Of a DNA stretch of 64,000 nt, positions 17,672 through 28,630 are shown in pieces. The notes under the pieces were generated by a model, which was given only the letters and a program-made list of their open reading frames with translations, was not told the DNA's origin and searched no databases. The position numbers and the translations under genes are program-made. The stretch's first letter is position 1, and every line of letters begins with the position of its first letter. The stretch lies in the IMG/VR virus record IMGVR_UViG_3300031857_000025. One strand, 5' to 3'. Source of the DNA: a virus.

Positions 17672-19548
17672 TGGAATTAGTTAAAAAAGATGTAAAATAT
17701 TTGAATAAGGATTTTGCTCAATTTAGACAGAATCTTATTAATTTTGCTAAACAGTATTTTCCGAATACATACTCCGATTTTAATGAATCATCACCTGGTA
17801 TGATGTTTATTGAAATGGCATCATATGTTGGAGATGTATTATCGTATTATGCAGATCAACAATTCCGTGAATCTGTTTTAAGTTCAGCGAAAGAAGAACC
17901 TAATGTTCTAATGCTATCACAGTTATTTGGATATAAACCAAAATTAAATACGCCTGCTACGGTAGATGTTGATATATTTCAATTAGTTCCATCAATTGGT
18001 ACTGGTGTAAACACTCGACCTGATTATAGATATGCATTAACTATTAAAGCTGGTATGGTAGTACGTACCGAACAAAATATTAAATTTAGAACTATAGAAC
18101 CTGTAGATTTTTCGCAATCAACAACAACTAGTCCAACTGATATATCAGTATATTCTGTTAATGGTAGTGGTGATGTTACGGTTTATTTATTTAAAAAGAC
18201 TGTTCGTGCCGTATCTGGAACTCCTAAGACATTAACATTTACATTTACAGATCCTAAACCTTATGATAAAATTACTTTACCTGATACTAATGTATTAGAT
18301 ATAATTAATGTTACTGATAGCGATGGTAATATATGGTATCAAACTGACTATTTAGCACAAGATACTATATTTGAAGATATTGCTAATATACCATTCAATG
18401 ATCCAGAATTATCAATCTATCGTAGTACTGTCCCTTATATATTAAAGTTACGTCGTACGGCACGTAGATTTGTGACACGAGTACGTGGTGATTATAAAAC
18501 TGAGTTACAGTTCGGATCTGGTATTAGTTCAGATTCAGATGAAGAAATTATTCCAAACCCAAGAAATATTGGATCAGGATTAGAATATTTAGATCGTATT
18601 ACAACATCAAATATTGACCCAACTAATTTTTTGTATACTAGTACATATGGGCTAGCTCCTAATAATGTAACATTAACTGTAAACTATACAGTAGGTGGGG
18701 GAGTTGCTGATAATGTAGGATCTAATACTATTAATACTATTGAGTTTAATACGGTAGTATATGATAATGAAATTTACAGCGTAGATTTAACTGATACAAA
18801 GACTACACTTGCTGTAATAAATGCCGATCCAGCGACTGGCGGTAAAACACGTGATGACATTGAAAGTATTCGTCAAAATGCAATCGCAAATTTTGCAGCA
18901 CAGAATCGTGCTATTACACGTGAAGATTATATTTCTAGATGTTATTCTATGCCAGCAAAGTATGGATCTATTGAAAAGGCATATGTCATTGGTGATACAC
19001 AATTAGATACAGCTGATATTGATTATCCTAGAGAAACTATAACAAATCCATTAGCTTTAAATTTATATGTATTATCATATGATAGTAATAAAAATTTCAT
19101 AACACCTAATAAAGCAATACGCGAAAATTTACGTACATATCTTTCAAATTATCGTATGTTAACTGATGCGTTAAATATTAAAACAGCGTACATTATTAAC
19201 ATTGGTATTAATTTTGAAGTTGTGCCAAGGCCTAGTGAAAATAGTAATGAGGTAGTATTACGATGTGTAGATCGCTTAAAACAAATATTTAATAACGATC
19301 GCATGCAAATAAATGGCACTATTAATATATCTAATGTTGTAACAGAGTTAGATAAATTACAAGGCGTACAAAGTATAGCTAGTCTAGAAATTGTAAATTT
19401 ATTTGATACGAATAATGGATATGCTGGTAATATATATGACATTACGGCTGCCACAAAAAATAATATTATATATCCAAGTTTAGATCCTAGTATTTTTGAA
19501 ATAAAATATCCAAACATAGATATTAAAGGCCGTGTAGTTAAACCATAA
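17671..19548 (+). CDS. baseplate wedge subunit, gp6/baseplate-J-like
   Basis: KDFAQFRQNL, SYVGDVLSYY, LFGYKP, AQNRAITREDY. Confidence 0.88.
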   Translation: MELVKKDVKYLNKDFAQFRQNLINFAKQYFPNTYSDFNESSPGMMFIEMASYVGDVLSYYADQQFRESVLSSAKEEPNVLMLSQLFGYKPKLNTPATVDVDIFQLVPSIGTGVNTRPDYRYALTIKAGMVVRTEQNIKFRTIEPVDFSQSTTTSPTDISVYSVNGSGDVTVYLFKKTVRAVSGTPKTLTFTFTDPKPYDKITLPDTNVLDIINVTDSDGNIWYQTDYLAQDTIFEDIANIPFNDPELSIYRSTVPYILKLRRTARRFVTRVRGDYKTELQFGSGISSDSDEEIIPNPRNIGSGLEYLDRITTSNIDPTNFLYTSTYGLAPNNVTLTVNYTVGGGVADNVGSNTINTIEFNTVVYDNEIYSVDLTDTKTTLAVINADPATGGKTRDDIESIRQNAIANFAAQNRAITREDYISRCYSMPAKYGSIEKAYVIGDTQLDTADIDYPRETITNPLALNLYVLSYDSNKNFITPNKAIRENLRTYLSNYRMLTDALNIKTAYIINIGINFEVVPRPSENSNEVVLRCVDRLKQIFNNDRMQINGTINISNVVTELDKLQGVQSIASLEIVNLFDTNNGYAGNIYDITAATKNNIIYPSLDPSIFEIKYPNIDIKGRVVKP

Positions 19549-19563
19549 AATTAAAGTGTAGAC

Positions 19564-20703
19564 ATGTATCATTTATATTTTGCCGAAAGAGATACTACAT
19601 TATATGAACGTTATCCTAACCGTAACACGGGTATAGATAGTATTATAGAACTAACAAAAATAACATCAGGTAGTAAGTTAGAAAAAGTAGTACAATCTAA
19701 TACATATAACAGTCGTATATTAATAGACTTTGGAGCACAGGTTACTGCAATACGTACTGCTATAGCATCTGGATTAATGCCTCCGATAGGGCCACTATCT
19801 AATAATTCAGCATCTGTATATCTTAATTTAAGAGCAGCTAACGCAACAGATTTACCAACTGATTATACATTATATGCATATCCAGTTTCTGAATCATGGA
19901 CTAATGGAAATGGTAACTATTCTGATGTACCTGAGGTACGTAATGGAGCTTCTTGGTATTATCGTGATAATGAGGACCTTGCAACTAGTTGGCGTACCGG
20001 ATCGGCTCATAGTAGCGGTGATAGTAGTGTTACTGAATTACGCGGTGGCGGTACATGGATAACCGGGTCGACATATGAAGCTAGTCAATCATTTTCATAT
20101 GAACAACCTGATATACGCATGGATGTTACAGATATTGTTAAACGTTGGATTGCACAAGATATTCCTAATTATGGTTTTATAATTAAACGTAGTAAGACTG
20201 ATGAACGTTCTGGCGAAATATTAGGTAGTATTAAATTCTATGGCGTAGATACTAATACAATTTATGTACCGCGTTTAGAAGTAGCGTGGAATGATACGGT
20301 ATTTAATACTGGAAATAATAGTGTAATTGATACTAGTAATTATACTGTTTATATAACTAACATACATGACAGTTATCACGAATCTGAACGTGTTAGATTT
20401 GATGTTGGTATTCGTCCAATGTACCCAACTCGTGCATACGCAACTAGTTCACATTATTTTACTAGTAATGTACTACCATCTTCTAGTTATTACAGTATAA
20501 AAGATGCCGTAACTAATGAAACTATAATTCCATACGATGATAATGCTACAAAGATATCATGTGACGGTAATGGAAGTTTCTTTAATTTACGTTTAAATAC
20601 ATTTATGCCAGAACGTTATTATAAAATAGAACTAAAAATTCAACGCAGTAATAATGATATTCAAATTCATGATAATGGTTTTTATTTTAAGGTTGTTAGA
20701 TAA
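19564..20703 (+). CDS. virion structural protein
   Basis: DTTLYE...SRILIDF...DVTDIVKRW...NYGFIIK...PRLEVAW (DNRLRE-like pattern); baseplate context. Confidence 0.6.
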   Translation: MYHLYFAERDTTLYERYPNRNTGIDSIIELTKITSGSKLEKVVQSNTYNSRILIDFGAQVTAIRTAIASGLMPPIGPLSNNSASVYLNLRAANATDLPTDYTLYAYPVSESWTNGNGNYSDVPEVRNGASWYYRDNEDLATSWRTGSAHSSGDSSVTELRGGGTWITGSTYEASQSFSYEQPDIRMDVTDIVKRWIAQDIPNYGFIIKRSKTDERSGEILGSIKFYGVDTNTIYVPRLEVAWNDTVFNTGNNSVIDTSNYTVYITNIHDSYHESERVRFDVGIRPMYPTRAYATSSHYFTSNVLPSSSYYSIKDAVTNETIIPYDDNATKISCDGNGSFFNLRLNTFMPERYYKIELKIQRSNNDIQIHDNGFYFKVVR

Positions 20704-23333
20704 TGGCTACAAATAGATTTACAGTAAATAATAATGAAAATACAAGTTTACCTAGTCCTGATGAGATTTTGTTAAACATATTAAGGTCAGAATTTCCTGA
20801 TGACCCAGTTTACCAACAAGGTACATTATCACAATCATCTACACAAATTACAGCTAAACCATTACGTACACCAAATACTCGTATTACGTCGACTCGTAAT
20901 GATGCAAATTTTATAGATGTATATACTGACAGTCCTATAAAGACTTATACTGAATATACGATTGATAAAAATGTACCGACTGCTGATGAAACTATTATAG
21001 ACAATTTAATAGACGAGGAATGGCAGTTTTTTATTGAACCACAATCAGGTGTATATAGGCCAGCTGTTACACGTGGGAAGTTTTTAATACCAACTGAAGT
21101 ACAACTCAACCCTGTTGATTTTCATCATGCATACATAAGCTCCGGTCCAGAAAATTTAGATGATATTTTAGCATCGACAAATTCTGATACTAATAACGTT
21201 ACTAGTCAAGTATTTTGCGTGTACTATATTGATAACGATACGTCACGTCCAATACCTAACTATAAAACATTAGAGGTAATGCTAGTAGAACGTGGGTTAA
21301 CATATAAAGATATAGCAGAAGCGACTAACGACCAACAGCGTCAATTTGATATGGTATTTGACGGCGTGTTTACTGGTGATACAACACCTGGCATACCAAA
21401 TCCTGTCGAAGAATTTAAGGTACGTAAAATGCCGGATCGTACAAATGAATGGAATGAACGTGTTAGATTCCAGAGCGGATATCGTCCATTAGCACCATTT
21501 AAGCGTGATCCTGGTGATTATTTAAAGCCGCAAGGCCTTCGTTCATCAAAATCTACAGATATTTTTAGGAAAGAAGATCCTAGTGATTTATATTTTGATA
21601 CGGCATTTCAATGGCAGACGAATCGCGAAATGTTACGTGAACGTTATGAAGGTAAACTAGTTATAAAAAATTGGCCTTTTGGATATGACGAAACTGTCGT
21701 AATAAATGCAGCTGATGTCGAGTTTGACGATCTTGTCAATACATTACGTATGATGACTAATGGATTCTGGAAACAAGTACTGGATCCAGATGTATTACGT
21801 TTATATGCATCACGTGCAAATATTACATTAAATCGATTAGATGAATCTGATGCATTAGGTCCGCTATATGGTGAGAATGGCTATATTAATTTACTAGTTG
21901 AATTAAATGAGATTGAGCCATTACAAATTACTCAAGATACTATAGCAGAAGCTTCAACTGATACAGAAAATCTTATTAAACCTGTATGGAATGATTTTCC
22001 TCATATAATTGAAGCTGATCGATTAGATTATCAAGAATTTTTAAATTATATTGATTATTACAGTAATAATGGCGCGCCGTTTGATATTGAACATTTAAAA
22101 CCGTATGAACCGGCTGGTAGTATTAAATATTATCCAACTGACCGAGTAGATGAACTTAATGAGCAGGCTATTTTACAAAATGCATTAACTAACGTTAAAG
22201 AACAAATTTTAGAATTATGGCCGACAACTGTTAGTATGGTTGAAAATTTAGAAATGCGTTTAAAGGGTGTATTACAGCAATCGTTTAGTGACTATTTTAG
22301 AGCAGTTTATGATGCGGATAATGGTGATCTGTATAACATGTTAGTGTCTAGGGATAAATGGAGATTCGTTAAAAAAGATAACGTTAAAGATGATGATCTT
22401 AGTTTATTACGTATAGTTGAAAAAAACTGGAACATAACAAGAGTAATGGACCGTAGTGAAGAAGATCGGATTGTAAATGTCGGTAAATGGGGTTTGGTGC
22501 CAGATTTAGTACGTGATACACGTATAAATAATATTAGTAATGTTATTTTAGGTACAATTACAGCCGCGGCTGCAGCTTCTGCATTAATTGGAGCGGCTAC
22601 ATTATCAACTGCTACAGCACAGCCATCTATTTACATAGTTACAAGCCACTTAATAGCAAGTAATGCTGACTTTTTAGCATTTGCTGTTGATAGTGCTGGC
22701 TTAAAGATTGAAGAATATTTTAGTGGTATACAAAATACTGGATTATATGAATTACCGCGTAATAATGATAATACACGTGATAAGAAATTTATCAAACAGA
22801 ATTGGTATATAAACTTAATGATATCACTTGAGGCGGATAGACGATTATTACAGCCTACTCGTGATCCTGTAGCGTCAATGCCTACAGAACTGCGTGAGCC
22901 GTTACTTGGATTGAATATGTATGAGCGTATTGATTTTGCTGATAAATATATGCCTGAATTACGTGATGCAATTACAGAAGCGAAAGATTTGTTAGTAAAT
23001 ATAGATGATATTATAGCAAATTCAAACGACCTAAATGAAGTACAAGATATTTATACTAGTATAAAGGCAATACATGATTTGTTTAGAGATGCAGAAAAAG
23101 GTACATTTCAGTATTGTGTAGATACTAAAGAAATTTTAGACTCGTATATTCAATCTCATGTGTATAACATATATCAAGGAATTGAATATTTACGTAGTGT
23201 TGTATATAATAAAGTAGGATTAAATGATAATAATTTTGGTATAATATATCCCGACTCAGTTAAGAATATTATATCTAAATGGATACCATCAGCTAATTTT
23301 GATTATTATATACCAGAAAAATGGGAAGGTTAA
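20703..23333 (+). CDS. large hypothetical virion protein
   Basis: 876 aa; translationally coupled within the baseplate operon. Confidence 0.6.
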   Translation: MATNRFTVNNNENTSLPSPDEILLNILRSEFPDDPVYQQGTLSQSSTQITAKPLRTPNTRITSTRNDANFIDVYTDSPIKTYTEYTIDKNVPTADETIIDNLIDEEWQFFIEPQSGVYRPAVTRGKFLIPTEVQLNPVDFHHAYISSGPENLDDILASTNSDTNNVTSQVFCVYYIDNDTSRPIPNYKTLEVMLVERGLTYKDIAEATNDQQRQFDMVFDGVFTGDTTPGIPNPVEEFKVRKMPDRTNEWNERVRFQSGYRPLAPFKRDPGDYLKPQGLRSSKSTDIFRKEDPSDLYFDTAFQWQTNREMLRERYEGKLVIKNWPFGYDETVVINAADVEFDDLVNTLRMMTNGFWKQVLDPDVLRLYASRANITLNRLDESDALGPLYGENGYINLLVELNEIEPLQITQDTIAEASTDTENLIKPVWNDFPHIIEADRLDYQEFLNYIDYYSNNGAPFDIEHLKPYEPAGSIKYYPTDRVDELNEQAILQNALTNVKEQILELWPTTVSMVENLEMRLKGVLQQSFSDYFRAVYDADNGDLYNMLVSRDKWRFVKKDNVKDDDLSLLRIVEKNWNITRVMDRSEEDRIVNVGKWGLVPDLVRDTRINNISNVILGTITAAAAASALIGAATLSTATAQPSIYIVTSHLIASNADFLAFAVDSAGLKIEEYFSGIQNTGLYELPRNNDNTRDKKFIKQNWYINLMISLEADRRLLQPTRDPVASMPTELREPLLGLNMYERIDFADKYMPELRDAITEAKDLLVNIDDIIANSNDLNEVQDIYTSIKAIHDLFRDAEKGTFQYCVDTKEILDSYIQSHVYNIYQGIEYLRSVVYNKVGLNDNNFGIIYPDSVKNIISKWIPSANFDYYIPEKWEG

Positions 23334-23340
23334 TTAACAT

Positions 23341-26300
23341 ATGTCATTAGATCGATTTTCAAATAAACAGTCAGTACTTGAATCAAATGGGTTACAACGT
23401 GGTATAATTTGGTCAAATAACATATTACCATCATTAATGTTGGACCAGCGTATAATTACGCCAAAAGAAAATACATCAGTGGAAGTATTTGTATACTCTA
23501 CAGATGGTACATATTTAACTGGCGATATTGTAAATGATTATATTATTGAGAATAGTAAAATTGCAATTGACTATGCATCAGTACTAAACAAATTTAATAT
23601 ATCACGTGGTAGTTTTGAAGTTGTCACAAATATATACAGTAATTTAATTGGGACAACAGACGAACCTGTTATACTAATTAAAGAAATATCACCTAACCGT
23701 AGAGAATTATTACTAGAATTAGTTACTGATACGGAGAAATATGGTGATAAATATGCATTAACATTACCACAATATTTTAACAATTATACTAGTGCATTTA
23801 CTTCAGATTTAGCATTAAATTTTGGACGTAACCGAATATATCGCATTATTAATCAAAAACTATGGACCGGGACAAATACATTTGTAGTTCGTTTATATCG
23901 GCCATTAGAAGCTGGGTTAACAGTTAATGATAGATTATGTTTAATTGAAGAATTAGCCGATACATATATTGATAATGTATTATTACATACTAAACCAGCT
24001 AATGTACTAGCAGAATTATTATTGAATGAGTCATTATCTGAAACTGAATTACAAGCGATATTGACAGATTTAGTAAAAGATAACCCAAGATTACTTGAAG
24101 CATTATTAAACAATCCAGAGTTACGTAAAAAATTACAGTATATACCATTATCATCCGTTAACGTATTACGTCGTCCTAATTTTGATCTTGATGCTAATTA
24201 TAGTACAATAACTGAAACAGAATTTAAAAACTGGAATACGTTATTAGATGCAAATCTATCGACATCGCAACAAATTATTAATAGTTATTTTTCTGGCTCG
24301 TTAACTGGTATTGATATAGGTATAGATTATACTGCATTTGATAATTTTGTATTTTATGGTTCGTCTACAGATAGATTAGAAAACTTTAAATATAAATTAG
24401 AATTATTAGAATATTACAATACACAGTTACATACATTAAATAATGCTAACGGAAACGATACTGCATTTGCAAATAATATATCACTGTTTAATACACGTAT
24501 AGAAAATACATTAGGTACATTTGATAATTTTGAACGTTGGTTATACTATGAACCAACTAGCAGTTTAACTACACATGGTACATCTGGTAGTTATATCGGA
24601 GCTGAAGGTTATTCGCTAACACCATGGCCAAAATATTTATCAGGTAGTGTATACTATGTACATCACACTACTAGTAGTATCGCTGAATCATGGTATAATG
24701 GATTTTTAGCAACAGCCTCGTTATATGACCAAGAAAATGCTACATCTTTAGTTAAAACCGTACCAGAACATATTCGTAATGATCAAAACAATAGCGAATA
24801 TGAACTGTTTGTTAATATGATCGGCCAGCATTTTGATATACTATATACATATGTAAATGCATTAACTAAAACATATAAGCCAGAAGAACAGCCTAAATTA
24901 GGTATGGGTAAAGAAGCTTTATATGAAGTAGCACAATCAATGGGCTGGGAACTAGCTAACGGAAAGCAAGCGTCATCATTATGGCAATACAAGTTAGGTT
25001 ATAATGATTCTGGCAGTTATACTAGTACTGGCAGTTTATTTAGTAAAACAGATGAACAGATTACTACCGAAGTATGGCGTCGTATTGTTAATAATTTACC
25101 ATATCTACTTAAAACGAAAGGTACTGCCCGTAGTATTAAAGCGTTAATGAATGCATACGGTATTCCACAAACATTATTAAGTATACGTGAATATGGCGGC
25201 CCACATCCGGACGCCGAAACACCGGCTTTAATTGAAGATCGATTTGCATATAACCTTTATATATCTAGTTCATATACTAGTAACACAGTTTCTGGATCAA
25301 TAGTTTATTATCCAATTATATATGCTACATCTTCTGGTAATTGGAATTCAGGTATTACAGATTCGTCAAATGATAGAGTTGCTCCAATAACGCGTGAAAT
25401 TAGGTTTCAACCAGCTGTTAAAAATTCTATGCCAATCTTAAGCGTACGTGGAACGGCACTTACTACAACAGCTTTTAGTGGTATTACTGTAGAATATACT
25501 GGCTCATATTCGGGTAGTACTGATTATGGTAGAGTATGGATATCTCATTTTAGTTCATCTGCCGGAACTGCACCATATGCAGTATCTGCAAGTACTGATT
25601 GGTTACCACTATATGACGGCGATATGTGGAACTTAAGATGGTGGTGGACTGGTGGTGGATCATCTTATAATACTAGTAATAATACAAATACAACTTATTA
25701 TGTACAAGTACAAAAAGCTAGTGATTATATATCAGGTAAAATAATTCATCAAGCTAGTGCATCAGTAACTCCTAGCTCTGCTCAAGCTGACCATTGGTCA
25801 TGGTGGAGCACTATCAATGCCACTACCGGCCCTAGGGCGTTTTATATAGGCGGAAATGCTAATATGACCGGTTATACTAAATTTCCGTTTAAGGTATCTA
25901 GTTCTAACATGTATGTACAAGAATATCGTGAATGGTTAGAAGAATTAGATCAAAATACCTTTGATATACATACACTTAATCCGACTAGTTATGTTTCATC
26001 ACTTAATGCGACAGCTAGTTATAATACATTAGTACGTCATTATCCATTTGGTAGTGATTTAAATGCTGTAGATCATAGTACTAATTTAATAATTACATCT
26101 AGCCACCCAGCTAGTAATATCATAACTAATTTTTCCATTGATACAACTACAAACTTTGGATTAGGTACTGGTGGTAGTTCATATGCATTTGCTGCTTATA
26201 GCGGTTCATTGGTATCGACATTTGCACCAGTAACAGATTCAGAACGTGGCCAATATGTACCGATCGAAGAAACATATTACATTGACGGTGTTTCATTAGG

Positions 26301-27900
26301 AGGTCAACTTCCAAGATCTGAAAAAATACGATTAGAGGATAACTATTTAATACGTCGTTTATCGCCTAGAAATACCGCCGAGCGTAGTACTTTTGATTAT
26401 GCTCCTATTGACAGTAATCGTTTAGGTTTATTTTATAGCCAAGCAGACCAGGTTAACAAAGATATATTTGATCAAATTGGTGATATTGCATTAGATGATT
26501 ATATTGGTAATCCAGAAGATGAATTTGATTACCGATATCCGCAGTTAAACAGTTTTAGTACGGAATATTGGAAAAAATATACTAACCGAAATGATATAAA
26601 TGCATATATACGAGTATTTAGTCAATTTGATTTTACATTATTCAATCAAATAAAACAATTACTACCAGCCCGTGTTGATGAAGCAATGGGACTTTTAGTT
26701 GAACCGCATGCATTAGAACGTAATAAAATTGCATTAACAAAACGTGTAATTGTAGAGAATCCGCAATATGAATTTACTTTACCAGGATTACAACCTACTG
26801 CTAGTTCAGATCTAGCAACTGAATACTCAGCTTCTATTAATACTAGTTATATTGTATCGGCTGATAGCGTTTATAATTCTGGTAGTAATAGTTATACAGA
26901 TGCAGGTAACACTTTAGCTAATATAGTATTACGCGATCACGTAGTACCTACTGAATATTTAGTAGAAGAAGTGCCATTAGATCAAATTGGTAATATAGTT
27001 ACATGTAGTATAGTAAATAATTTTTATAAATTAAATTCTGGAATAGCATTAGAAAATAATGTTACAGGTAACGTATGGAGATTAAAATTACCGTATAATA
27101 CTAATTTTAATAATACTACATCAGCATCATTAGCTAGCGGTGATATTTCATCACAACTAATAACGGAATTTAATATATTTAGCCAATCAGATATACTTTA
27201 TAACAACGTAACTGTTACAATAGATATACGTGATGTAGATGATGGGGTTGCTCCGTATTTATTATCCGTATGTTCATTATGTTTAATTGATACAAATAAT
27301 GTTATAACTTATATAACTACTGATTCGTTAAATATTAATCTACAATCTGACGTCAATACAATTACATTTACATTTAATAATATTCGTATACCAGCATATA
27401 CTACGAGATTTGGTGTTGCATTAGAATTTAACAATGATATTGTCAACGATACTTTAAAATTATGTATTTTACGGATGAATACAACTGTACAATTAGAAAA
27501 AGTATATACGTCAGCAATACGTCCGGAAATATTACAGAATCGTACTAGTAAAGAGTTTAGTACTATTGTATATCATTATTCGGGCAGTATTAATACTTCT
27601 GATAAAATACTAAAAAATGCATATCATGCTACTAGCCAATCATTAGGTTTATATTATAGCTCTAGTCTAATACCATCTGAATTTAATGATGATGATATTC
27701 TACAAATTAATAATGCAAAATATTACGGTTGTAAGTTAACAGCAAGTGATATTAACATTAATTCGAATATTGCAGCTATTAATAATACACCAGTAATTGA
27801 AGTATATGAAACCAATGCTAATCAGTTAATATTTACAACGACTCCAGAAGAACGTACTAATGGAGTATTTACTCAACCAGGTAACTTAAGAATTCGTTAA
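23341..27900 (+). CDS. large baseplate wedge protein (gp7-like)
   Basis: LPYLLKTKGTARSIKALMNAYG motif typical of gp7/P2 gpI-like wedge proteins. Confidence 0.65.
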   Translation: MSLDRFSNKQSVLESNGLQRGIIWSNNILPSLMLDQRIITPKENTSVEVFVYSTDGTYLTGDIVNDYIIENSKIAIDYASVLNKFNISRGSFEVVTNIYSNLIGTTDEPVILIKEISPNRRELLLELVTDTEKYGDKYALTLPQYFNNYTSAFTSDLALNFGRNRIYRIINQKLWTGTNTFVVRLYRPLEAGLTVNDRLCLIEELADTYIDNVLLHTKPANVLAELLLNESLSETELQAILTDLVKDNPRLLEALLNNPELRKKLQYIPLSSVNVLRRPNFDLDANYSTITETEFKNWNTLLDANLSTSQQIINSYFSGSLTGIDIGIDYTAFDNFVFYGSSTDRLENFKYKLELLEYYNTQLHTLNNANGNDTAFANNISLFNTRIENTLGTFDNFERWLYYEPTSSLTTHGTSGSYIGAEGYSLTPWPKYLSGSVYYVHHTTSSIAESWYNGFLATASLYDQENATSLVKTVPEHIRNDQNNSEYELFVNMIGQHFDILYTYVNALTKTYKPEEQPKLGMGKEALYEVAQSMGWELANGKQASSLWQYKLGYNDSGSYTSTGSLFSKTDEQITTEVWRRIVNNLPYLLKTKGTARSIKALMNAYGIPQTLLSIREYGGPHPDAETPALIEDRFAYNLYISSSYTSNTVSGSIVYYPIIYATSSGNWNSGITDSSNDRVAPITREIRFQPAVKNSMPILSVRGTALTTTAFSGITVEYTGSYSGSTDYGRVWISHFSSSAGTAPYAVSASTDWLPLYDGDMWNLRWWWTGGGSSYNTSNNTNTTYYVQVQKASDYISGKIIHQASASVTPSSAQADHWSWWSTINATTGPRAFYIGGNANMTGYTKFPFKVSSSNMYVQEYREWLEELDQNTFDIHTLNPTSYVSSLNATASYNTLVRHYPFGSDLNAVDHSTNLIITSSHPASNIITNFSIDTTTNFGLGTGGSSYAFAAYSGSLVSTFAPVTDSERGQYVPIEETYYIDGVSLGGQLPRSEKIRLEDNYLIRRLSPRNTAERSTFDYAPIDSNRLGLFYSQADQVNKDIFDQIGDIALDDYIGNPEDEFDYRYPQLNSFSTEYWKKYTNRNDINAYIRVFSQFDFTLFNQIKQLLPARVDEAMGLLVEPHALERNKIALTKRVIVENPQYEFTLPGLQPTASSDLATEYSASINTSYIVSADSVYNSGSNSYTDAGNTLANIVLRDHVVPTEYLVEEVPLDQIGNIVTCSIVNNFYKLNSGIALENNVTGNVWRLKLPYNTNFNNTTSASLASGDISSQLITEFNIFSQSDILYNNVTVTIDIRDVDDGVAPYLLSVCSLCLIDTNNVITYITTDSLNINLQSDVNTITFTFNNIRIPAYTTRFGVALEFNNDIVNDTLKLCILRMNTTVQLEKVYTSAIRPEILQNRTSKEFSTIVYHYSGSINTSDKILKNAYHATSQSLGLYYSSSLIPSEFNDDDILQINNAKYYGCKLTASDININSNIAAINNTPVIEVYETNANQLIFTTTPEERTNGVFTQPGNLRIR

Positions 27901-27940
27901 AATAAGATATTGATATATTTATTAAAAAGATAGGAATATT

Positions 27941-28615
27941 ATGGGATATTTGAATAATTCTACAATAACAGTTGATGCCATCCTTACCAAAAAAGGACGT
28001 GAACTTTTAGCACGTGGAAGAGATGAGTTTAAAATTACTCAATTTGCTTTGAGTGATGATGAAATTGATTATGATTTATATAATACAGAACATCCATTAG
28101 GTACTGCATATTACGGAGCGGCTATTGAAAATATGCCAATCATTGAAGCTATTCCAGATGAAACTCAAATGATGAAATATAAATTAGTTACATTACCCAA
28201 AGGTACGGCTAGAATACCAATTGTAAGTATTGGACAGACAGTGTTAAATTTACAAGGACGTGAGCGTGCACTTATCGCCCCTAATACAATAAACTTTACT
28301 AATGGTAATGCACAATATGGATATACAGCAATTTTAGCTGATTCAGATATAGCCGAAATTAGAGTAACTAGAGCAGCATCAAATCAAGCTGGAGCTCCGA
28401 CAGTAGCGCAATTTATTGGTGATTCGGAAGCCGCGCAAAGTGTAACAGTCTCTGGAATGGAATTTGAAATTGTTGCTAAGGAACAATTATTAACAAGTAA
28501 GACAACTACTGTATTATTTATTGGTAATGAAACTGGTGGTAGAGCTTTGTTGACAATTAATGTAGCAAGATTAGAAGTTGCAGTAACGGCAGGTGCTCCT
28601 ACTGAACAAAGATAA
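27941..28615 (+). CDS. baseplate/tail-collar structural protein
   Basis: ILTKKGRELLARG..FKITQFALSD; ATATTTAT 27915-27922 upstream. Confidence 0.65.
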   Translation: MGYLNNSTITVDAILTKKGRELLARGRDEFKITQFALSDDEIDYDLYNTEHPLGTAYYGAAIENMPIIEAIPDETQMMKYKLVTLPKGTARIPIVSIGQTVLNLQGRERALIAPNTINFTNGNAQYGYTAILADSDIAEIRVTRAASNQAGAPTVAQFIGDSEAAQSVTVSGMEFEIVAKEQLLTSKTTTVLFIGNETGGRALLTINVARLEVAVTAGAPTEQR

Positions 28616-28630
28616 TAAGGAAAATAATAT

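Noticed and set aside
8844-20062. Nested + strand alternate-frame ORFs (8844..9047, 18821..19006, 19874..20062)
   Set aside because: Short, fully inside conserved genes, with no leader or motif support
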